Assembly (NCBI GenBank): GCA_020536535.1
Contig: JAHLWZ010000817.1
Span: 1-64,000, forward strand
Direction of reading: 5' to 3'
DNA: 64,000 nucleotides
Source of the DNA: Pelomyxa schiedti
Taxonomy: Eukaryota; Protista; Evosea
Shown: piece by piece, positions 52,778 to 64,000 of the stretch
How the letters are laid out: each line of letters starts with the position of its first letter
How positions within the stretch are numbered: position 1 is the first letter of the stretch
Translations under genes and position numbers: made by a program
The notes under the pieces: model-generated
What the model saw: only the letters and a program-made list of their open reading frames with translations
Database searches by the model: none
Told to the model about the DNA's origin: nothing

Positions 52778-54092
52778 ATGGATGGTGCGTACTTCGTGTC
52801 GCGGTCAGAGCTTTTGGGTTGGCTCAATGACCTCCTGGGTCTAGATTACACCAAGTTGGCCGAATGGCCGTTCACTCTCGCCAACGCACCCTTTTCTCTC
52901 CCACAATGCGCCTTATGGTTGCGAACTAAATGAATTCTACAGAGTGGAGCAAACTTGCACGGGCGCTGCTCATTGTCAAATTATGGACATGCTGTATCCT
53001 GGTAAATTTTTCGCTCTTGACTGTTGTAATTATCCTTATTTCATATCTGAATTATGGTTTGAAATTAAATCTTTCAATTTCAATTTACATATGCACATTA
53101 CTTTCCACAATCTCACACTTATTTAAATTAACAAGGAAGGGTGCCTCTGTCAAAAGTGAACTTCAATGCCAGACACGATTATGAATACATTCAGAATTAT
53201 AAGGTATGGTTTTTAAGGGTTACTTTCTGATTAGGACCGCATTAACACTGCAGCCAGATACTTCAAACGGTTTTTCAAAAATGTGGAGTAGAAAAGGTTA
53301 TTTTCTTTGCCCCCTGTTCCAGCTGGGATTCCTCAAAGCATGCAGATTATAGATGTAAGTAAATTAATAAAGGGACGAATGCAAGATAACCTTGAATTCT
53401 TGCAATGGATGAAGCACTATTGGGACCTTCACAACCCTGGTTTCATTTTCCCTTTCCCAGCAAACTTCCCCACTGTCAAAAACAAAAGGTGGAGAATATG
53501 ACGGGCCCGAAAGAAGACGGCAGTCAGGAATTAGACTGGAGTTTGACAGTCAGTCCCTTCATCCCACAAACACTGCCCCCGCTGTCTCAACTGGAAGAGG
53601 AAGAGTAACACCCACTGTTACTGCCGCTCCCGTTAGGCCAAAGCCTGTCACTAGTACACTATATCTTGAAATCTAACCAATCTAACAACTTACTACAACA
53701 AAATCCAGCTAAACCCACTTCAGTGCAACAACAGACACCCGCAGACCGAAAGCCATCTGCAGCCCAAGATATTCCCGATCCAGTACCTGCCCAACTGACG
53801 TGAACACTTTCCTTCCAATAACTTCCTGTAGTGGGAACAAGTTCGAATACTTAAGAACACAGTGGATGTATTCCAGCACGAGCGTGATTGGTATTGGAAA
53901 AAACTCCGTGAAATTGAAGTTCTGTGCCAAAACCACAAGAATCCTGCTGCTGATACAACCAGCTTTACAAATGTGGATGAATTTGTGGAGTCCGTTCTAG
54001 CTGTTCTGTATGTGCATGAATTCCCATTCACTCGTAATGGTTTTTTTAGTTATGCTCCGGACCCAGAGGGAGAAGAGCACAACAACTCGTAA
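52778..54092 (+). CDS. EB1: Microtubule end-binding protein EB1 (CH domain + EBH), multi-exon
   Basis: [75 protein letters not shown]. Confidence 0.95.
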
Positions 54093-54139
54093 ACTATGTA
54101 AACGATTTTTTGGGAAAAAAAAAGTGGCCATTTTATATT

Positions 54140-55882
54140 TCAAAAACGATTACTGCAGGCTCCATACAATTCACAAACTTTTTCAGCTTGTGACAAATCC
54201 CCCCCAATGAATGCAGAAGGCTCCTTTGATTTGCCACTCTCGTAGGACTGCACCCACTTGGTAATTGTGGCACTTGTGGAGCACAATGTCTGCCTTATGG
54301 ATGCTTGTGGTGTACCCTGTTGCAACAGCCACATTGCCATGTGATGCTTGCCTTTTTTAGTCAGGCCGGGATAGGCAACATATCGGTAAGGCCGCATTAT
54401 GTAGGACTCCTTGTTTTGCGTAGAATTTTTCAGGGATAGCCCAACTCTAGGACTCTTGATCAGCTTTGCGTTTCTGGGTGCATCAGGGTGTGCTGCCAGC
54501 CAAAGGGCTCTTTTAGTGCAATCCTCACCTGGACACAAATTAGAAAAATAGATAAAAGCATTTAGTGGTGTACCTGGCTGCAAAGTCACAAAAGTACCGT
54601 GACTACGTACAAATTTGTCTATGCTATCAGCCTTATTCATCTTCAAAATGTAATCAACGCACACACAGGGTCCATCTTTAACAGTGTTACAGATGAAAAA
54701 TTACACAAAACCAACCTTTGATAGTTTTTGAGGAGGGATCATAGAGCCCTCTGACGAGGATACCTCCATAGGCACCACTTGGACCAAAGGTTAAATCCAT
54801 GCCTACCACGCTTAGTTTACAAAGAATTAATTACAACATACCCTTAAATGTGCCAGAGCGATATTTCCCACCAGTCTTGTGGAAATACCAGTTTCCATAG
54901 GTCATTTGCATTGCATCACCATGTGTAAATGTGTCTAAAAGTGGTGAGACACGTACCAGTGCTGTAACACCAACACAATTAGGTTACCTTTGTGAGCATA
55001 TGCATTGAAATAGAATTCCAGTTCTGCAAAGTCTTTTCCCCCAAGTTAATCTTCAAAGGCTTTTGATCATTACTACGCACAATGTGGAAGTTGGCCGATG
55101 TACAAGGTGCAACTATTGAATAAAAAGTTTGCAATTCTGTCGAATTCCTTCTCGAATAACTTGTCATCAGGTATCGTAGAGGCATGGTCAAACCGCAGGC
55201 AGTCAGTGATCAAGGACGACCCAGTTCCATCATCCGGAGCAGAAGGCGGTGCCGCCGCAGCTGTAGATGTTGCAACAGAGGCAGATGCTGGTTTAGTAGT
55301 AGCTTCCTCTTTCACGGAAGTTGTGCTTGTTGTAGCAGCTTCTTCAGGTGATTCCTTCTTAACAACTTTAGAATCTGTGGAAGTGCAATTAGTACCAGCG
55401 GATCCAGTATCAGCACTGCTACTTGATGTAGAAGTAGTAATTGTTGTTGATGTGGCTGAAGTTGTTGTAGTCCCACAATTGGGCTCGTTCTTTACTCCTT
55501 CCGCACCATTTGGTGCCGTCGACTCGGCCGCAAGAGGCGTTCCCGTAATTACCTTTTGTGCTCCTTTGCCGGGAGGTGCTACTTCGGCGTTCCTCTTTCC
55601 TCGCGCCTTTTTTGGTGTTGGTTGCTGGGCGTCACTTTCTGAAGAAGAGGACGCCGACGACGACGACGACGAGTGTTTTCCTCCCTTCGTTGTGGTTGCA
55701 GACTTGAGCGCAGACTTCGATTTGGGAGGGAAGTCGCGTTTGCGGGGGGCGATCGCCCGGCCGTCGCTGTCGCTGCCGCCGCTCTCGCTGACGTCCGTGT
55801 CCTCGCTGGATGGGTTGCTATCTTCGCTATCGCTCTCGTGCTTTTTGCAGCCGGGCTTGGCGTGGCAGCACCTCCCGCTCAT
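54140..55882 (-). CDS. Protein with divergent MPG/AAG (3-methyladenine DNA glycosylase)-like motifs after a low-complexity N-terminus
   Basis: Spliced AELEFYFNAYAHKDTFTHGDAMQMTYGNWYFHKTGGKYRSGTFKGMDLTFG..GGILVRG..GPCVCVDYIL..SPRVGLSL..PYRY. Motif order parallels MPG (ETEAY, GxVLIRA, GPGKL, TPRIG, PWRF). Confidence 0.6.
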
Positions 55883-56241
55883 CTTGGATCTGTTTTCTTT
55901 TTGCCTCTTCTTCAGAGTTTCCTCAGCGGCAGAATGGACTCCGAGAGGTCAGAACAGAATCCTCTGTGCTCAGAGCTCTGAGTGGTGTTGCCCAGCCTGA
56001 ACACCACCTCTCACAGTCTGGTTGATGGAATTTGTTAGGAGATGTCATAAGACTTCCAAGGGGGCGGGTGGATTGAGGAAAACTCGGGAAGGAAAGGTTC
56101 CATAGCTTTCCAGAAGGCACAAGGTTCTCAATCCAAAATCGCCTTACAAAGCACACAGCACCAAGTTGGGCTCTTCCACCAATTTTTTTGGTGGTGCACG
56201 TGGCGAGGGCCGCAGCCCCTCGCCACAGTGCAATAAAAAAA

Positions 56242-59200
56242 ATGAGGACAAGAGGGTTGGGACCAGGGGGATATGGAAAGTCCAACTCGAACAGCGACGC
56301 TGGCAAACTTTTCAACGGGTTTTTGTTTTATTGCTCGTTTGGTTGTTTTTTTCCTCTTATTTTTTTTAAATATTACAATTAGTATTTTCGTTATTACTTT
56401 TAAGTTGTGTTTTTTATGGAATTGTCTGCTACTTACTGACTTATTTTTTTTTTTCTCTGTCACTTTAACTGTATGTTTGTGTGTAGCCTGCGGCGTTCCA
56501 GTGATACCAACCCACAGCAGCAACATTCCCAACAAAATCACCGAGCGTCTACTCTAATGAAGGTTTGTTCCTTTTTTGTTTATTTTACAAATGAACTTTC
56601 CCAAGGAATGGGGACTCACAGCGGCAGATGAAGCCCTATCTGTGCCCAAAAAGCAAAGCAAACTCACAGAACAACAAAGGGAACTTGAAAAATTATTGAA
56701 GGTTGTATTATTGTGTAAACTGCCTGCTTAACAGTAACAAAAGGCTGAAGAGGGGCAAATAGCTGCCCTGGAGAAATTATCTCAATTATTTACTTCTGAT
56801 CCTGCTGGAAAGAAAAAGACTGATAACGAACTTGCTGAGCATCAGAATCAGGTTTCCTTCCGGCACATTTCTTGCAGTAACACACATCAGGCTGCCAGTC
56901 TCAAGACTGGGCTCTCCAAGGTGCAAACTCAACTAAGTGGTCTAACAGGTTATGTAGCAACGCCCGAGACTGAACCAGTGGTACCAACCCCAAATACAGT
57001 ATCTAAATGTGCAATAACTCACTATCCCCGTCACAGTTACGGTCTTCTGGCACCACTTGTATGCTTTCAGTATCCACTGGCCAAGCCGAAAAGGACTTGG
57101 GTGATGCTCGAGTGATTGAGGGAATAGCTCCGGTACCACAAAATCCGGAAGAAACGAGTAACACCCTTGTGGAAGCGTGCCGGCGTGGTGAAGTAGGAGC
57201 GGTAACGAAGTTGCTGGCTATGCTGCCAACGTCGCCACCACAACAATCTCACGTTAACACCAGCTTTGGAGTGAACTATGTGAACAAGACTGGAGAGACA
57301 TGCTTGCATGTTGCTTGCGACATGGGACATGTTGAAATCGTAAGAGTTCTGCTTCAACAGCCCAACTTGGACTTGAACCTTACCCGCCCTCTGCTCTACT
57401 GTACAAAGGCTGCACGTTCCCAAATAGTAAAGCTTATGCTAGGAGCAATGGTGGAGGCCGCGTGCGCAGCTGAATCACGCAATGGAGAGTTGGAAGAAAA
57501 AGAAAGAGAGGAAACTATACAGCACGTCGGGGCTACCTTTGTTGCAGCTGCCAAGAATGGACTCAAGGATATAGTTGCGACAATGCTGACTTTACCTCCG
57601 ATCTTGAGACCCAGGGTGAACTTCGAGAACTCGGAGGGAACTGCACTAAGTACAGCCTGCAGAGAGGGGCATGCTGGGGTGGTGGATCTACTGCTCAAGG
57701 AGCCAAGTCTTGACTTGAACTGCGGTGATCCTCTGTGGTATGCCTCTCAGGCTGGCCATCTAGTAATCGTGAATATGCTTCTGTCCCACCCTCGCACTGC
57801 AGTAAACAAGATGAACCTTCAACACAAAACCCCACTGGTGGTTTCAATTCTCCACAACAGACCTGATGTTGCTCGAGCCCTGATTTCCCATGGCGGATCT
57901 ATCCCAAAGGCTTGCGAAGAAGAGGTCTTGGCCAAGATAGGGTATAAGGGACTCTACACTTTGTTTTCACAAGGTTCCCCTCAGTGCATGCTTCCTCTGC
58001 CTAATGCTTTTTAGCAACCAGTATTGAGCTTTATCAGCGACGGCAAGATGAACAATCAACAAAGCAACAGCTGGAGAAGCAGATAATGGACTTGGAAGAC
58101 CGGAGCAAGACACCAGGTAGAGCTACTTACCTTAACCGATTTATTTACAACAAGTTAAAGATACCAACCGCACCCAAGATTCCACTGAGTTAACCAACAG
58201 TAAGAATGGTTTAACAAAAGACTCTTTTCACTTTCTTTCAAGAACTATGTGAATTGCAAGCTCGAGTAGAGACCTTGGAGCAGGAACTTGCAGACCAGAG
58301 ATCAAGTACTATTTCCTTTTATCAAGTCGAACTCACTTCATTGAAGTGGCTGCTCTCGATGCTGAACTCTATGTCAAATTAGAGTCGTGTAAGTATTACA
58401 GTACTGTGCACTTTTAATCCTATGTGCAGATAGTGATCACGTCTTATTACACTTGCAACAAGGTGTTTGGTGTAATGTTCTTCCTGAATGCCAGAATTTA
58501 TCATCTGTAACTATAACGCTTTCTGGTCGCAGTCCCTTTTCAGAGACTATTTGTCGGTTTACTCCGCTTGATAAGGTATTTCATCCTACAGTATGTACTG
58601 TTTTCACCCCAGAAAAGGTTGTAAAAATTGTCATTCAACGAAAGTTTGGAATTAATGAAGCTGAACAACTTGTTTTTGCAAAATGCGGCGATACTGAGAC
58701 CCCACTTGCGGATTCTTCTCTCACCTTAGCCAGTCTAGATTCTGCCAAGCTTGAAATCGAAGTGAAGGTCAAACCACTGTTGTCAATCCAAGAAAAGAAT
58801 TTGGAATCTATAACAACGATCGGAACAGGCTCATATGGTCTCGTGTCTAAAGAATGTTTGCATTCTCCTTTTAGTGAACAAGTGAAAATTGTGGCAGTGA
58901 AGTCACTTCATGAAGCAATAAGATCAGAACTTCACATTGATAACTTATGGAGAGAGTACAAGGTTGCAATCCATCCAACCCCTGACTAAATGGGAAAAAA
59001 GATCGCATCCAGCTTGCGTCACCCAAACATAGTGAATTGCATTGGCACATGTTTAAACAGTTCAAGAGGTCTATGCATTGTGTATGAACTTGCAGAATTT
59101 AGCCTTAGGCAGCTTACCGAGAATGTACTTTCTCCACATTACTCAATTAACATAACGGTACAGAGAGGGCTGAGCTTTCAAGAGATTATTGCTATTGGAC

Positions 59201-60164
59201 TGGGAATTTCAAAAGGGATGCATGCCCTACATAGGTTACATCCCTTTTCGATTCACATGGAGAAAATAATTGATTTTTCAGGCAGAGCATCATCCACCGT
59301 GATCTCAGTAGTAATAACATTCTTCTTGACGCCTCGGGGATTCCCAAAATAATTGATTTTGGTTTGAGTCGCACCCTGGTGGTTTGTTAATTCTTGCCTA
59401 GGCATGTCTAAGAACCTAACTTGTGGAGCATCCACTCTCACACGGGCGCCGGGAACATTGATATACATGTCACCACAAATGTTTACAAACCACTACAGTC
59501 TGGAAGGTGTTTCTCAATCGGACGTCCTCACACTAACTCGGCCTCAGGAGACATGTGGCAGTTTGGCATCTTATTTGGTGATCTACTGGCTGCAGAGCAA
59601 ACCTCGCCACCGCGGACATTAGCTGATATTAAGAGATTCTTGGAGGTTCAAAAGAGTTCCCTTTCTCCAGAGGATTGTGCCGGTATGTGATGAAAAAATC
59701 TGAAAGCTGCTCATCTAGTATCCAACAGAACTGGATCAACTGTGCGCAAATACGGATGTTGGAGAGGGTATCGTTGTTGAATTCCTGAATAGAAGAAATT
59801 CATGTCTACGTGCAACGTCAAAGTTGGACTCCAAGTTCCCGAATCTTCATCCTATTTGCTCTCAGCTTGTTGCACTTATTGTCAAGTCCTGTCTCTCAAT
59901 AAGAGGTGAGCTGCCAGCACGTTCATTAAATAGGAATATAAGCTAGTAGTAAATTCTTACAGGTAAGGTTATAACCATTTATTACCAACAGAGTGCAACC
60001 GGCCGCCATTCTCAGTGATTGAGAAGTTGTTGTACAGCTGCGCATCCATTGTATTCTCACCCACCGTTTCCGCACCAACAACAACCGATGACGAAATAGC
60101 ACTTGCAATCAACAAGTGCCTGTCATCCCTCGCCTTCTCCTTCTCACACTCACACCACCACTAA
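56242..60164 (+). CDS. Ankyrin repeats + coiled coil + ubiquitin-like segment + TKL-type protein kinase, many exons
   Basis: [21 protein letters not shown] etc.; [20 protein letters not shown] (UBL-like); [64 protein letters not shown]; stop 60162-60164. Confidence 0.87.
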
Positions 60165-60923
60165 ACTCCTCCTCCACCTCCCACACACACAAGCGCGACC
60201 AGTTTATTAAATCGTCCTACCACCCCCGCCACCACCAACACCCCGTTGGCACACAGTCACACAAGAGAGAGTAAAAAAAACTGGTACACCTTCTTGTATG
60301 TGGTCGTTTTGCCGGCACAAATGCTTTTGCCGAAGTGCACGTTTCTACAAACCACAAAACAAAAAAAAACACGGAGTCCACACTACCAGAGTTTTACCTC
60401 CTAAACCCTCCTGAGGCCTAAGCATTGGTCTTCAGCGATAGAGCTACGTCACGAAGGTTAGTCCGAACATAATGTCTGGGATCTCTGGGATTTTCCAATT
60501 AGAAAACCTAAACAGTCAAAACATAAAACAAATAAGCAAGGGTACACAGATATGAGATCTACTAAGACATCTACTAATACATCTCGGTCGGTTTTTTGTA
60601 GTATCATCGCCACAAACGCCACACAGCAACCCTGTTTTTCTTTTCGTTTTGACCACAAGTTAAAAGGCAAGAACCAGCAGCATAACCCACAGCCACCACG
60701 TTGTGCAGTTTGTGCTAACCACGAGTTAATAGGCAAGAACCCACAGCCGCCACGAGAGTACTCTTCTTCTGCCTCTGCCCGATTTCAGCCTCAGCCTCAG
60801 CCTCAGTTTATAAGTAAGTAAATCATCTTCAACAACATGTTCAGTTATAAGTAAATCATTCAACTTCGACCCCAACAATGGGACGATGATAAAAAATAAA
60901 AAATTTAACAGGAAAATTCTGTG

Positions 60924-62216
60924 ATGGGGGACACACTTGCCGTGGTCGATGGCGAGCAATGCACTAACAGAGAGAAGCACAAAGCTAGTCACCACTCAGC
61001 CAACAAAGACCCCGTCGCGCACAAAAAGCACAAACACAAACACGAGAAAAAACACAAGCACGGCCGCAACAACCACAACTCCGACTCAGAACTCCACGAC
61101 AATAACGCCAACACTGGGGAGGCCGAGGTATACGGACCCGCCGAGCCACCCACGTCACCTGCTGCAACTGCAACGACGGGTACCACCATCGACTGCTGTG
61201 CCGAACAGGACGTTGTTGCCTCAAACCAAGACCCAAACGGCAACGGGACAGATACCACCACCACAACAACAACAACATCATCATCATCATCAACAACATC
61301 AACAAAAACAAAAGCAGGGGGGGCACTGGAGAGGGATGCTTGGATGATAGCGCCCCCAAAGAGGACAAACCCACTACCTGGGGCTAAGAGCGAAGGGGGA
61401 TTGAATGATGAAAGCAGTGCTAAGAATGTCAAGGCGCCGCCGGTGGAGCTGAACCCGTTTATGAGTGGCGCAAAGCCACCGCCCGCTAAGGAGGATTCTG
61501 ATCCTGCCAGTGTGTGGCCTATGTGTTTGGTGCATTTGTTTTAATTTTTCTTTTTAACTGCTGGGTAGTTCCAAAGTCCGCTCTGGTTGGTGATGGTGGA
61601 GCCAGTTGGCGAAGGCGTGCTTTGCTTAGAGCAAAGCAGCGAGCAGTCGAGGAAGGTAGGTCTCTTGACGAAGTTGTGGAAGAGAGATTTGAGGTGTCTT
61701 CCCCTTTTAAAGAAATAATATAGAACCCTTAGAATGTGTTGCAGAGTGTGGAAGCTTTGATAAAGCGGACTCCTGCCCCTGAAAGGCATAGTCATCATGT
61801 AAAGTACGAAACATTCTCTCATATTTAAATATATAATACCACAGCCAACATATCCCATCACTGCACCAAATCAGCCCTAAAGCAATTTTGCTGGCAGTTC
61901 GTCTCGTTCAGATTTTGGGGAGAGGAGATCTTATCTGCAAAGAGACCACGCAACAATGCACAAGCCAACTGAGAACTCGTTAAGATGGTCAAGAGATATT
62001 CCCATTGCCAATCAAGATGAACCAAGTGATAAAACGCCCCCTGAATCCAATCCTCATGATGACAGAACTAGTTCAAAAGAAACTGGTGATAGAAACAGAC
62101 CTAGGAGGAGTGAGGATTGGGGAAGGACCCCAACTCGTGACAATGAAAGAAGTGTGACTAGGAGCACTGGAGAGGGGGAAAGATACAGAGATAGAGATAG
62201 AGTCAGGGAAAGGGAA

Positions 62217-62257
<41 letters not shown>

Positions 62258-64000
62258 AAGAGAGAGGGAGAGAGACAGGAATGTGGATAAATTTGGACGT
62301 GAAAAAAGGGAAGGCGACCAGAGAACTTCTGTGCAACAGCCGAGGGACCAGCGTTGGGAGAGGGACAAAGAAGCTCAAATGTCCCTCCGAGGCAACCCAA
62401 CTTCAGAGGATGAGATCCCCACACACACTAACGAAGGGCTCAGCACAGAGCTATCCCCTGATTCTATCACTCCTACCACATCTGCACTTGATCAAAATTA
62501 TGAAGAACTAGATGCAAACCAACAAGTTGCTCAGGCACTGAGAGCCAAGCTTCTTGGTCTACCCGTTCCAATCCCAAAGGCGAATCAAGAGCACACAGAG
62601 TGTGATTCCAAGGACTTACTTTAGCTTTTGTTTTTACTGATGAACTCCCAGATACCCTGAAAACTCTGGTCACGTCTCAATTTCTACGGGTATGCTTCAA
62701 CAAGGAATTGCTCTGAGCTAACGCACGGTAGACGCCAGAGGTGTACCCTTAGCAATTTCCTCCAGATACAGTCAACAGCCTCTCCAGGACTCACGTAGAC
62801 GTAAAAGACCAAATTTATTTAATGAAAAAGGGGAAAGGACGGATTATTTCGAGAACGATGACGCAGATTTGGATACTCTCGTTGCAAGAGAGGCATGTCA
62901 AATATCTGAGTTGGCACACAACACTCACCTTCATGATGCAGAAACTTGGATCCCACGATGTAGACAGGCACTTTGCCATGAATCTTGTCAAGAGACCTAG
63001 AGTTGCTGTGTGCGAATTTGGTTAACACACTAGATCTCACTACTAGTATAGCACAATGATGTTGAAGATGAATACAATTTTGGGGAGACGCAGCTTCTGA
63101 CTGATAAACCAAGAAAGCGGTACTCAACTGAAAAGGAAGAGAGAAGAATAGAGCAACAAGCAATACGAGGTTTGATTACACAATACCAACCAATAAATCT
63201 CAATCGAGGCAGCACACGTTCTTGCAGAAAAGCGGGCAAACGAGTGCTGGTTTTGCATGAATACCACTAGATATAGCAAGCATTTGACAATTTCATTGGG
63301 AGATAATGTAAGCAACTCTACTCCAAGGAAACAATCAACTAACGATTCGCTTCCTCCCAACAAGGTTTATCTTGCTCTCCCACAGAAGGGATCACTAGTA
63401 GAAGGCCATTGCCTTTTAATACCCGTTCAACATGTGTCCTCAACGGTAGAGGCAGATGAGGTTTGACGTTTGACCAATTAATAATACAGTGCACGCAACA
63501 CCAACCCCTACCTTTACAGGCTGTTAATCGAGAACTGCGCAAGTTCAAGCAGTGTTTATGCAAGATGTTCGCAACCAAACATATGGATGCTGTATTTTTG
63601 GAAACAGCAATCAATCTAAAACGAGAGCACCATATTTTTGTTGAATGTATACCTTTACCACAAAAAAGTACGGCTGATGCTCCTATGTACTTCAAGGTAA
63701 GACCAGAGTCTTTTTGTTTTAAAAAGGTAGTAACAACTCATAGGAAGCCATAAACAACTCCGAGAAGGAGTGGTCCCAACATAAAAAGCTTATAGATACA
63801 CAAAAGCGTGGGGGCGTTGTTGGCTCAGTTCCACCAGGTTTTCCATATTTCCACGTAGACTTTGGCGGCAACGGCGGATTCGCACACGTTATAGAAGATG
63901 AAGCCTCCTTCCCCCACTACTTTGGCAGGGTATGCTGTTTCTTTACCTCATTCCCTCATTGACTGACTCTTCTTTTTCATGCAGTCTGTTATCGCCGGAA
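60924..64000 (+). CDS. CWF19L2: CWF19-like 2 spliceosome-associated protein, truncated by window end
   Basis: [35 protein letters not shown]; [30 protein letters not shown]; [23 protein letters not shown]; [32 protein letters not shown]. Confidence 0.92.
62185..62278 (+). repeat. GACAGG/GAGAGG hexamer tandem repeat coding RD/RE dipeptides within CWF19L2
   Basis: About 6 exact GACAGG copies at about 62220-62255, flanked by degenerate copies. Confidence 0.9.

Noticed and set aside
60552-60821. 89-aa ORF with NPQPPR repeats
   Set aside because: Explained by local DNA repeats; no domain signal or splice support.
62185-62278. Tandem repeat as a possible CRISPR or telomeric array
   Set aside because: No spacers; it is an in-frame RD/RE dipeptide repeat typical of splicing factors.

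Overview
Gene-dense eukaryotic genomic DNA with standard genetic code and many very short spliceosomal introns (about 31-150 nt, almost all GT-AG). No prokaryotic operons, CRISPR arrays, rRNA or convincing tRNA genes were seen. Intron size and gene families (ankyrin/PINK1-like kinase, UBL-TKL kinase, cAMP-receptor-like GPCR, many small-GTPase regulators) suggest an amoebozoan, possibly the anaerobic archamoeba Pelomyxa. That assignment is inference, not demonstrated. About 26 protein-coding loci were rebuilt by manual splicing, several invisible or fragmented in the ORF track. Recognisable genes: AN1 zinc finger, TMTC-type O-mannosyltransferase, RPS10, F-box/kelch, ZFP36/TTP-like, DYRK1-like, DH-PH-RhoGAP-PH, cyclin-U/PCL, dual RING, GPCR, RasGAP-ankyrin, secreted plant-type LRR, RCC1-RhoGAP-EF, Rab2-like, EB1 and CWF19L2 (runs off the end). 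Best novelty candidates: (1) an intron-containing gene fusing a ubiquitin-like domain to a MEDS-like sensory domain, a family known from prokaryotes including methanogens (39778-41607); (2) a UIM-UIM-CUE / Pro-rich / actin-fold fusion joined through a 20-nt micro-exon (26755-29905); (3) a Tom7-like protein with a long N-terminal extension; (4) a stand-alone mini EF1B GEF-like domain; (5) a Rab2-like GTPase with an N-terminal KKGCC and no C-terminal cysteines; (6) an MPG/AAG glycosylase-like protein; (7) CpG-island-like GC-rich first exons. Exon boundaries were read by eye and need RNA-seq confirmation. No database searches were run.
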